A DNA stretch of 32,000 bases from NCBI GenBank assembly GCA_004563595.2, contig CP042461.1, forward strand, positions 540,001 to 572,000, read 5' to 3'. The position numbers were made by a program, and so were the translations under genes. This document shows, piece after piece, positions 22,008 to 30,258 of this stretch (position 1 is its first letter; the number at the start of each line of letters is the position of its first letter). Source of the stretch: Candidatus Saccharimonadota bacterium (GTDB lineage Bacteria; Patescibacteriota; Gracilibacteria; BD1-5; UBA6164). The notes under the pieces were generated by a model, which was not told the DNA's origin, did not search any database, and worked only from the letters and a program-made list of their open reading frames with translations.

Positions 22008-22096
22008 GGTTTTATTTCCTTAAAAAATATTTGCAATTTACAGCATTATATATAGACTAAAGCAGCTTCAAAAAGATTTTACAAAAATCTTTATAC

Positions 22097-22172
22097 GGAT
22101 CCATAGCTCAGTTGGTAGAGCACTCGCCTCTTAAGCGATAGGTCCCGGGATCGTAGCCCGGTGGGTCCACCA
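22097..22172 (+). tRNA. tRNA-Lys (anticodon CTT) with encoded CCA
   Basis: Cloverleaf by hand: acceptor GGATCCA/TGGGTCC, D arm GCTC-AGTTGGTA-GAGC, anticodon arm CTCGC-CTCTTAA-GCGAT, variable loop AGGTC, T arm CCGGG-ATCGTAG-CCCGG, discriminator A, then CCA. Confidence 0.93.
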
Positions 22173-22190
22173 AATAAATAAACCGCATAA

Positions 22191-22238
22191 AATAGCCGTT
22201 TTTAGTTTTAATTAACTAAGAGACGGCTATTTTTATTT
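22191..22238 (+). terminator. long hairpin terminator after the tRNA
   Basis: aatagccgt..ttagtt-ttaatt-aactaa..acggctatt followed by a T-rich run. Confidence 0.6.
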
Positions 22239-22269
22239 TATATATTGGCTTTGTATAAGTAAAAAGTAT

Positions 22270-22285
22270 GATCGTAGCCCGATGG
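22270..22285 (+). repeat. partial duplicate of the tRNA-Lys 3' T-arm (att-like direct repeat)
   Basis: gatcgtagcccgAtgg matches tRNA positions 22149-22164 (gatcgtagcccgGtgg) at 15 of 16 bases, and it is GC-rich in an AT-rich context. Confidence 0.6.
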
Positions 22286-22288
22286 AAC

Positions 22289-22687
22289 TTATGTTGAAAT
22301 ATTTGATTTTTTAAATTCTGAGACTGGTGTAGCTTGATGAAATTTCATTTTCCATTTATTATTACTTTTAGACCAAATTGAAGTTCTTTTTGCATGTCTA
22401 CTTAAAACACCATCTTGATCCAATCTTGCTTCAAGATAATTTAATATAAATAAATCTGGTTTTAGTTCTATGCATGAATAATCTTGAGACCAAATTACGT
22501 ATTCAGTTTTGTGTTCATTTAATAAATCTGCAAGTGTTGAGTCATAAGTATGCGTTGAACCACTATATCAAATTTCAATAAAAGATTCATCTAATAATTC
22601 TTTGAGTTTAGACTGATTGATTCTGTTTTCGTAATTATGTAAAATTATTTCATGTTTTTTAAGTATATCTAATATTTTATTATTCAT
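22289..22687 (-). CDS. DUF4440 / NTF2-like (SnoaL-like) domain protein, 132 aa
   Basis: LLDESFIEIGYSGSTHTYD and the C-terminal RTSIWSKSNNKWKMKFHQATP match the DUF4440 signature (..F.E.G.SG..; RSSIW....W...FHQGTP). Confidence 0.75.
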
Positions 22688-22935
22688 ATATTTTATATTG
22701 ATAATTAATTATATTTCAAATGTATTCAAATTATAAATAACATATTATATGAGAGTGGATTTATTTCAATAATTTCTTTAATTTTTCATAAATTTCAAAA
22801 ACTTCATCCTGATTTCAGGCAATATATTTCAAAGAATAAATTCAGTATAAAACCTTCTGATCTGATTATTGACTTTTCAACAAAAACTATTATATATTAG
22901 TGTAATAGTTTTTTATTTTTTTAACATACTAATCT

Positions 22936-23409
22936 ATGTCTACAAATACCCTGAAAACATCAATCGTAGATGAACATAGTTTATGAGAAAAACCATCTCA
23001 TGTATCCTTTGAATCTTCAGAAAAAAACAAAATTATAAAAAGAATTTTAATTTTGATAGCACAAAAATTTAATGGTGATATCAAGAGGATTTTAAATAAC
23101 AGAGAAATGAATTTCGAGGAATTCTATAGTGCTGTAAGTTGTGATAATTCTAGATTAGCACTTACCTTATCAGCGCTCAAAAAAGACATAATAGATCATT
23201 CAAGGGGAGATTTATTATCATTATTTGAAGGATATAATAATCATGAAATAAATCAAGAGATAAGTGAAATCGTATATTGTGTTACAGTACTATTAGATGA
23301 TAAAGATTCTTTTCTTAGTACTCTTTCTAGATGGGAAGAAGGTGATGAGAGTGATTTTTTAGATATATATGATTTGATACGTAGTTTAATGAGTAAAAAC
23401 TCTGTGTAA
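22936..23409 (+). CDS. hypothetical protein, 157 aa
   Basis: The ATG at 22936 is in frame with track ORF 23053..23409, with one TGA (Gly) in between. A TTGACT..TATATT promoter-like pair lies about 60 nt upstream. Confidence 0.6.
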
Positions 23410-23410
23410 T

Positions 23411-23647
23411 TTAAACCTTACTAATTTGAAAAGCATATATATAGCTAAGAATAACCTTAGTACTCTTCCTAGAGAAATGTGAAATCTTACTAATTTTGAA
23501 TCATTACAAATGGGGTTGAATGAGGAATTATCTCCATTGGATACATTCTATTTTGAAAAATATTCAGATAATGATAATACTAAATGAAACATAAGAATAA
23601 TATGGAATAAATTTACAAAAAAGGTGGAGATAACATTTGATAATTAA
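23411..23647 (+). pseudogene. leucine-rich-repeat protein C-terminal fragment (no credible start)
   Basis: The frame opens only at 23390. NLTNLKSIYIAKNNLSTLPREMGNLTNFESLQM fits the LRR consensus LxxLxLxxNxLxxLPxxIGxLxxLxxL. There is no ATG or SD; a TTG occurs at 23426. Confidence 0.4.
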
Positions 23648-23681
23648 TATAAATAATACAATAAAAATACTGAAAATAAAT

Positions 23682-24896
23682 ATGAAAAAAAACTTACATG
23701 AAGAATTACTTCAATTAATTGAAGCTGAACCTACTAATGAATCAGTATTAGATCTACTATGTCAAATTGATGATAATATTCAAAAAATCATAGAGAGTAG
23801 ATTTCAGTGAAAGAGAAGTGAAAGGTTAGAAGAAAAAATTAACTGAAGTATATTTAAAGCTTTTAAAGATAATGAAACTGGGTACTCTATTAATAATTAT
23901 TTAGATATTATTATTAATAGAGTTGAAAAAATTTTAGGAAATTCTGAAAAAAATATTTCTGAAATTTTAAGTGAATTATGAATATTTGCTCTACATCATT
24001 CTCAAACTCTACTGATAGCTAATGAAAATAAAAATAAATGAGTGATTAAATGAAGTTGAGAGTGATATGTAGAATCATATAATAATGATAAATTAAAATC
24101 TTTATTAGAGATACTAAATTGATTATGAATATATTGAGACGATATTATTTGTCATATTTGAGGGGTAGAAAAAAATATGATGAGAAAATATTGATATATT
24201 TATATTCAAATACCTCAATTAAATAGATCAGTTTTGATTTCTGATGGTTCTTGAGAAAATACCTTTGTAATAAAATGACTCCCAAAGGATGCATATTTTT
24301 TTCAAAGTACCAAGATAGATATTTTTAATGATTTTGAAGTCGATTCTATCCCATATACAAAACGTTGGTGAGAGTTGATATTAGAAAAACTACAAGAAGA
24401 TTTTATACCAAAAATCAAAATGAAAGAAAAAATTTCTATGTTTACCACTTCAGAACTATTAAATATATTTCAGAATGATAAAAGGTACCACCCTGATATA
24501 TTAATGAAATCAAGTGCAAAAAACTTGAAGCAGATAAATATATGATGATATAACCTCACACAGATTGCTAGACTGTTCCATATAAAAGGTGCAGAAAATA
24601 TATTATGAGAAGTAAGACCAGAAAATAAAAAATTACATCTTGCATATTTATTGAAGTCTATCTTTTGAGTTGGTTATGAAAGTATTATGGAGGTTATTAA
24701 TTTGTCTCAATCCCAAGAAAAAGCACCGAAAGAAGCCTCTTGATGGAAGGTTAAATCTCAACAACTAGGATATTTTCCGGAAGTTTTATTATCAAAAACA
24801 CAAGCAGAACTTAAGCTCTGTCGAGTATGTGGTTTTACGTTATCTGAAATAGCATGAGAATTAAAGGTTGCAGATACGTATGGTATCAAGTGATAA
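23682..24896 (+). CDS. N-terminal part (404 aa) of a tandem-repeat HTH-like protein, ending at in-frame TAA 24894-24896
   Basis: ATG at 23682. About 270 aa of unique domain is followed by repeats starting at 24492 and 24777. The TAA sits in the middle of repeat 2. Confidence 0.7.
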
Positions 24897-26357
24897 TATA
24901 ATTATTCTGGTAACAAATACCATTTAGCTTGTTTATTGCAAACTATTTTTTGAAAGTGAGCAGAAGTTATCGATAGTATCATCACAAAATATGAAGAAGA
25001 AGTGTTTAAATCTTGAGATGAATGGAAAGGAATTATTAAGGATGTATATACACCAGAAAATTTTATGGATTTAACTTGAGAGAAGTTTTCAAAAATGATT
25101 GTTAGATCAGGAGAAACAATAATAGATATATGGAAAAAAAAGAATCAAGATGGAAAGAGAATTTTTACATCTCTACATCCGTGAAAATCTATATATAATA
25201 GGGCCTGATTCGCATCAGAAATATATGGAGATATGTATGAATGTATTAATGATGTAATAGTCAGGGAAGATAATAGATTAAATGTTCCTATTGATTGACA
25301 TAATTGGAAAAAAAGTTTTCTATCAGAAGAAATTACTCCAGATATATTGATGAAATTAACAAACGTAAAATTAAGAAAAACTTATGTCTCTTGATATTCT
25401 TTATGAGAAATTGCATGATTTTTAGGAGTAAGAAAAACAAATAATTTAGATAATAAAGTAGAAGTCTATGGATCGAAATATTTTTTAGCATTGCTATGAC
25501 AATTAATATTTTGAATGTGATATGATTGTTTTGATTTTGTTGTAAGTAGGGAAAGAGACTTATGAAGATTTCCAAAAAATATAAGTGAAATTAAAAATTT
25601 AATAATTAAAGAATGATATAATCCAGATACAATTATGGGATTAAGCTTTTGAGATTTTAAGACCGCTCAAGTTGCAGGAATATTGTTCAGTGATATTACG
25701 AGAGTAGTTGATAAAAAAGGAAATCATGTTTTATCTTGTGAACGTCCAACAAAAAATTTATATAGCAGAGCGCTGTTTTGTAAGATAATTTTTTGAGAAT
25801 GACATAAATCTGTAGATCAAAAAATTGAAGATGAAGAAGAAAAATTACTGGCTCCGACTACGAAAGAAGGCTGGGAAAGAGAATTTGTAAAAAAATGATA
25901 TACTCCTGATATGTTATTCTCATATTCTATAATACAAATTGAAGAAATAAGGATTTGTGGTTTTAGTTTAGGAGAATTATGATCACAATTTGAGATAAAA
26001 AAGGTATACGGTATTTCAGGAAATTCAAATCCATCAAAGAATAAATATAATTTAGCATGTTTACTTTTGTTAATTTTTTGAGGGTGATATCAAAAAATTG
26101 ATAGAATATTTTATAGTATAGATGATTGGAAGAATGAATTTGAAAAAATATGATATTCGAAAGAACATATTTATTGATTATCAGAAGATAATATAAAAGG
26201 TATAAAAATATGCTGATTGTCTTTTTGAGATATTGCATTGTTATTACAAGTAAAAAAATATTTTGGGTATAAAGAAAAATCAAATTTTTATAACAAAAAG
26301 AAACACCTACCTTATTTATTAGATTTTATTTGATTAAGGCAGGGGGAATTAAATTAG
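24897..26357 (+). pseudogene. continuation (486 codons) of the same repeat protein after the in-frame TAA; no start of its own at the junction
   Basis: Same frame, open to TAG at 26355-26357 under table 25. Repeat homology continues straight across the stop: YGIKG*YNYSGNKYHLACLL versus YGISGNSNPSKNKYNLACLL in repeat 6. The first in-frame ATG is only at 25065. Confidence 0.65.
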
Positions 26358-26560
26358 AATCAACAGAATTAATATATTATTTATATTCATTCAGATAAAA
26401 AAATAATAAATTCAAAATCTCCTCAGTCCGTTGTTTTATAATCATTAGATTTAAGAGTAGAAGAAAAATCAATTTGAAAATCACCAAGACCTTTTTTTGT
26501 TATATTCTATTCAAAATAGAAGTACTTTTATTATCATCTAAATAATTATTCATTTTCACT

Positions 26561-26593
26561 AAAAAAGACTAGATTAATTTCTAGTCTTTTTTT
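26561..26593. terminator. bidirectional terminator
   Basis: aaaagactaga-ttaatt-tctagtctttt with an A-run and a T-run, between convergent genes. Confidence 0.8.
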
Positions 26594-26617
26594 AATCAGG
26601 TCTGGATGAGAATAAAA

Positions 26618-26947
26618 TTAAATATTTTTTTCTAAAATTCTAAATTCTATTTTCCCACCTTTATGTAATTGAATAATACATTGAGGCTCCTGTTCAGTTT
26701 TTATTTCTGCAAAAGCATCTATTATGACCTTTTTTGCACCGTCTAAAGTATTTACCTTTATAGTATATTTTGGATTTCCTATAAAATTTACTTTAAACTC
26801 TTTTGCTATAGATCTTACATGTTGTAATATATCTTCATCACTTGGGATATCATACTCTTCTTCACAAGTAAAAGATATACTCTTTAATTTATAGCGTTTA
26901 TTTAAATCTCTCAAACTGAGAGAACAAAGGATTGTACTAGGAATCAT
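26618..26947 (-). CDS. small hypothetical protein, 109 aa, TGA-free
   Basis: Intact in the track. SD-like aagga lies 7 nt upstream and a terminator lies downstream. Confidence 0.6.
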   Translation of the reverse strand: MIPSTILCSLSLRDLNKRYKLKSISFTCEEEYDIPSDEDILQHVRSIAKEFKVNFIGNPKYTIKVNTLDGAKKVIIDAFAEIKTEQEPQCIIQLHKGGKIEFRILEKNI

Positions 26948-27084
26948 AGATTGTCCTTATTTGTTTCGGGATAACTATTTTGGTTACCTAACTTTAATAT
27001 ATATCAAAATTATACAATGTCAAAAAAAGACTCACTTGATGTAGATTAGTCAAGAACATAAAGTTTTAAAGGAGAAGTACACTT

Positions 27085-27159
27085 ATGTATAAGTGCAGCG
27101 TTTGCGGATATCGTGAAGAAGATGTATTTAATAATGGGGTTGGGAGTACACATATGTAA
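27085..27159 (+). CDS. 24-aa mini-ORF resembling a rubredoxin N-terminal knuckle (possible remnant)
   Basis: Strong SD aaaggaga. MYKCSVCGYREEDVFNNGVGSTHM can be compared with the rubredoxin N-terminus MKKYxCxVCGYIYxPExGDPDNGVxPGT. The second CPxCG knuckle is absent. Confidence 0.4.
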   Translation: MYKCSVCGYREEDVFNNGVGSTHM

Positions 27160-27226
27160 CTAATCTACCATAAAATGTATGAAGATATAAAACATAAAAA
27201 AATATTCTATATCTAAAAAGGGAGCC

Positions 27227-27415
27227 ATGAAAAAGAAAAACTTTATTGCTAGATTTTTAATCAAAATAAAAGAAGTGAGATTGAATAGAAACTGATGATT
27301 CTGTATTATATGTGCATGAAATAATATAAAAGACAAGCAGTGGTTTATATGGACCCGTTGGAGAAAATTTGAAGATAAAAAAAAGCCCGTTTGGTACGGG
27401 CACTTTAGATCTTAG
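27227..27415 (+). CDS. possible small basic protein, 62 aa (three TGA=Gly)
   Basis: SD aaaaagggag lies 2-3 nt from the ATG. The product contains GGFCIICAG. The 3' end overlaps the terminator of the convergent gene, so this call is uncertain. Confidence 0.35.
27376..27402 (-). terminator. rho-independent terminator of 27424..27693
   Basis: On the minus strand: gcccgt-accaa-acgggct followed by T8. Confidence 0.8.
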
Positions 27416-27423
27416 CTTAACAA

Positions 27424-27693
27424 TTACTTCCCTGTAAAAAGCAAGTATAGTAATGGAAAAGCTATGGTACTAACTATAAAAAGAAGAGAATACATAAAGC
27501 CTTTTGATTGATAAAAACGTGTCCCAAATGAATGTACTCCATGCTTCATAGCATTTTTCATTCTTTTCTCATCTCTCTCATGACTGACTCTTCTGTATTC
27601 TGCTATTTTTGTTCTAATAGCATCACCAGTGTTATCAATATTAGAGGTTTTGTTATTCATGATTCTTCTCTCTATTGTTGAAAGTAAACTCAT
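27424..27693 (-). CDS. small tail-anchored membrane protein, 89 aa, TGA-free
   Basis: Intact in the track. A basic N-terminal part is followed by a single C-terminal TM segment, FMYSLLFIVSTIAFPLLYLLF. An alternative start exists at Met12. Confidence 0.55.
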   Translation of the reverse strand: MSLLSTIERRIMNNKTSNIDNTGDAIRTKIAEYRRVSHERDEKRMKNAMKHGVHSFGTRFYQSKGFMYSLLFIVSTIAFPLLYLLFTGK

Positions 27694-27744
27694 TATATAT
27701 AAGTATTAGCAATATCAAATAAAAAGTGTCAATAAACTTCAGAA

Positions 27745-27776
27745 ATAAAAAAAGACCTAGTTATTCACTAGGCCTA
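27745..27776 (-). terminator. rho-independent terminator of the Cys-rich gene
   Basis: On the minus strand: aggcctag-tgaataa-ctaggtct followed by a T-run. Confidence 0.75.
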
Positions 27777-27803
27777 ATATGTAAGTATTATGATGGTATT
27801 TTA

Positions 27804-27992
27804 TTAACAATCCTCACACAAATCCACACCTAAAATATTTTTAACTGCAGGTTGGGGGCATTCTTCACATGTTTCACTTGTTGGAGTAGTATCTACTTCA
27901 TGACAAGGCTGGCACATACCATCAATAAGATCATCAGGGTCACATATCTCTGGACAACGTGAACATTTAACATTTTTGTTTTCATCAGACAC
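27804..27992 (-). CDS. acidic Cys-rich small protein, 62 aa (four CxxC knuckles plus one extra Cys), TGA-free
   Basis: GTG start with aggag 8 nt upstream. Sequence is VSDENKNVKCSRCPEICDPDDLIDGMCQPCHEVDTTPTSETCEECPQPAVKNILGVDLCEDC. The longer TTG-start version in the track begins inside the promoter. Confidence 0.6.
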   Translation of the reverse strand: MSDENKNVKCSRCPEICDPDDLIDGMCQPCHEVDTTPTSETCEECPQPAVKNILGVDLCEDC

Positions 27993-28019
27993 TATTTTAT
28001 CTCCTATAGGTTGAGAGGA

Positions 28020-28049
28020 TTTATTATATAAAAATAAATTATATGTCAA
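28020..28049 (-). promoter_or_regulatory. promoter of the Cys-rich gene
   Basis: On the minus strand, TTGACA (28049-28044) and TATAAT (28028-23). The spacer is 15 nt, or 17 nt to TAATAA. Confidence 0.4.
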
Positions 28050-28062
28050 TATATATTACAGT

Positions 28063-28758
28063 TTAATAACCATAAAATGGGTCATTTAGAATTCTTTTTT
28101 TAGTGATCTTATTTTCTGTTAAAGTATTTGTTGCTCACTTTATCATATCAAGAGTTCCTGAAATATAAAAATATCATCTATTACTATACTGAAGAGCATA
28201 GTTTTTTATATATTTCGATAATTCTTGTCTCCCAGTTAAATAATGAAGAGTTATTGTATCATTATTTTTTTCTATTTCATTAAACTCTTCCTGAAACAAA
28301 TATCAATCATGTGAAGAGTAGAGAAGTATTACCTCTCTTGATGTATTATGTTTTAGTTTTTCTAAAAAAGCTCTCATAGGTGCGATACCGATTCCTCACG
28401 CTATTAATATAATAGGGGAAGACTGGTCTTGTATTTTAAAGTTTCCAAATGGACCACGTAATTTTATAGTATCTCATTTTTTCATACTCTTTAATTTTGC
28501 TTTGAATTGACTCGGCTTGTTACCGATTTTTGTTGCTACTTTCATAATCCCTTCTTCTGGATTTGATGCAATACTCAATGCTCTCCATCATCTATCTTTT
28601 ATTTTTTCTGTGAGTGAAAAAAATCAATGTTCTCATGTGAACCATTTTGAATTCGGTGCTTTAAAGTCAAATACATAATAATCTCCAAATGGATTCTCAC
28701 TTTTTACAAGCTCTATAATATCGGTTTTAAATACTCATTTATAATCATTTAGTGCCAT
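28063..28758 (-). CDS. FNR-like FAD/NAD(P)-binding oxidoreductase (ferredoxin reductase-type), 231 aa
   Basis: FAD motif RALSIAS (RxYSxxS type), GPFG, and NAD(P)-binding loop ILIAGGIGIAPMRAF, in which the first Gly of GG is TGA. Confidence 0.8.
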
Positions 28759-28846
28759 GGTTTTTTGTTATATTATTAAATGGAAATCTTGTATTATTTC
28801 TTTTATTTGTTAAGATTCACACATATAATATAACCATGGAGTATAG

Positions 28847-28857
28847 TTGACGGTCAA
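28847..28857. promoter_or_regulatory. palindrome TTGACgGTCAA in the merR / reductase divergent region, candidate operator
   Basis: On the minus strand it reads TTGACC, then a 19-nt spacer, then TATATT. A 19-nt spacer is the length typical of MerR-controlled promoters. Confidence 0.35.
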
Positions 28858-28878
28858 TACTTTTTTATAAAAATTATT

Positions 28879-29229
28879 ATGAGGATTTGAGAATTAGTTC
28901 AGAAAACAGGAATTAGTAGGGATACAATTCGTTTCTATGAAAAAAAGTGACTCATTACTTCTTCTGAGTGAAAGGATATTTCTAATAATTATAGAGATTA
29001 TGATGAAGAGAACATAAAGAATATATCGCAAATTCAATTTATGAAAAAGTTATGATTTACTCTCAAAGAATGTGAAGTTTGAATCAGGAAAAGAAAAAAT
29101 AATGAATTTAACCCAGAATCTAATAAAAAATTTATAAAAGAAAGGATTGCACTTATAGATAAACAGATTCAAGAACTTGTTGATATAAGAACTGAGTTTG
29201 AAGTGTTGTATAAAGAGCAATGAAAATAA
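28879..29229 (+). CDS. MerR family transcriptional regulator, 116 aa
   Basis: MRIGELVQKTGISRDTIRFYEKKGLI; the Gly of M-R-I-G-E is TGA at 28888-28890. A coiled-coil dimerisation helix is present, along with a single Cys in ..LKECEV.. Confidence 0.9.
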
Positions 29230-29306
29230 GTATAATCGGATGAGAATGTAAAATGAAATGAACTATTGAGAGAATATCTTAGGATTATAAGTATTTAAAT
29301 AAATAT

Positions 29307-29340
29307 AAAAACGATTACATGGACTGTAATCGTTTTTATT
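29307..29340. terminator. bidirectional terminator (merR / 29356..29883)
   Basis: aaaaacgattaca-tggac-tgtaatcgttttt. Confidence 0.8.
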
Positions 29341-29355
29341 ATACCTAAATGTTTA

Positions 29356-29883
29356 TTAAAGTTCTGCTAAACAAGTTCCTAAAAATGGTATTTTTTTAGA
29401 GCGTGAACACATACAAGTTTGTAGTAATTCACATTCTGTCAGTACCTCACTCCTTAATTGTAATGACATTATCTCCTTATCTGTCCAAAAACAAAAATCA
29501 TCACTTAATTCAAAGCATGTTTTTTGAAGTTTAAATTGTTTTTGATTTAACTCATGGAGCATAGAATTAACTTTTTCTTCTAGCTCATGAACAGTTTTAT
29601 AACATCTGGTCATAATTGGTTCGATTTTTTTTCGAGAGATATTATCGTTATCTGTAAAAAAAAAGTCTAAATCAAAGCAGAATTCTTCTATAAGATTTTG
29701 CTGGGATTCGTAATAATCGTGTGGTTGAAAATGAATTAAGTATATATATCTATCATAAAGAGTAGATAAAACCTTTGTATAATATGTAATTATTCGTTTT
29801 CTTTTTTCTTGTACTTCTGCAACGGTATAAGTTTGTGGATTAGAGAATTGAGAATATGATAGTCTATCAATTGATACTCGCAT
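29356..29883 (-). CDS. hypothetical helical Cys-containing protein, 175 aa, TGA-free, only one Gly
   Basis: Intact in the track. SD gagagg lies 8 nt upstream and a terminator lies downstream. Confidence 0.65.
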   Translation of the reverse strand: MRVSIDRLSYSQFSNPQTYTVAEVQEKRKRIITYYTKVLSTLYDRYIYLIHFQPHDYYESQQNLIEEFCFDLDFFFTDNDNISRKKIEPIMTRCYKTVHELEEKVNSMLHELNQKQFKLQKTCFELSDDFCFWTDKEIMSLQLRSEVLTECELLQTCMCSRSKKIPFLGTCLAEL

Positions 29884-30084
29884 TTTAATTACCTCTCACA
29901 TATACATAGCTTAATGTAATATTATATTATAGTAATAGAATATAAAGTCAATTTTTGTGTGATATATTTAGAAGCTAATGTCTTTTAATGAAAAGAGCTT
30001 TCATTTATATTCTTTGTCTCGGTTGTAATTTTTAGTCAAAGCAATATTGAAAAACCCTGAAATATTAGTATCATTGCAACATCA

Positions 30085-30121
30085 AAAAAGATTAGAGGTT
30101 AATCTAATCTTTTATTTTTTT
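30085..30121 (+). terminator. orphan terminator-like hairpin inside a divergent intergenic region
   Basis: aaaagattag-aggttaat-ctaatctttt followed by a T-run. No ORF precedes it. Confidence 0.5.
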
Positions 30122-30258
30122 GAGTAGGGGTATTGATCTATTGCAGTATCATTATTTAAGTATTATTAATTCTACTTATTTTAGTTATTTCATATGATCA
30201 GTCGGAATAATTACAATTATTATAAATTAGCTTCAAAATATTATTAACAACCCTTTTT

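Noticed and set aside
25333-26283. Track ORFs 25333..25575(-) and 25963..26283(-)
   Set aside because: They are antisense to the long table-25 repeat-protein frame. Their composition is low-complexity Ile/Leu/Phe/Tyr, as expected from the reverse complement of AT-rich coding sequence. Neither has an SD or a terminator.
27804-28049. The 81-aa version of the Cys-rich ORF starting at TTG 28049 (as in the track)
   Set aside because: That TTG is the first three bases of a TTGACA -35 hexamer followed by TATAAT. An AGGAG-led GTG at 27992 gives a 62-aa product with proper initiation signals.
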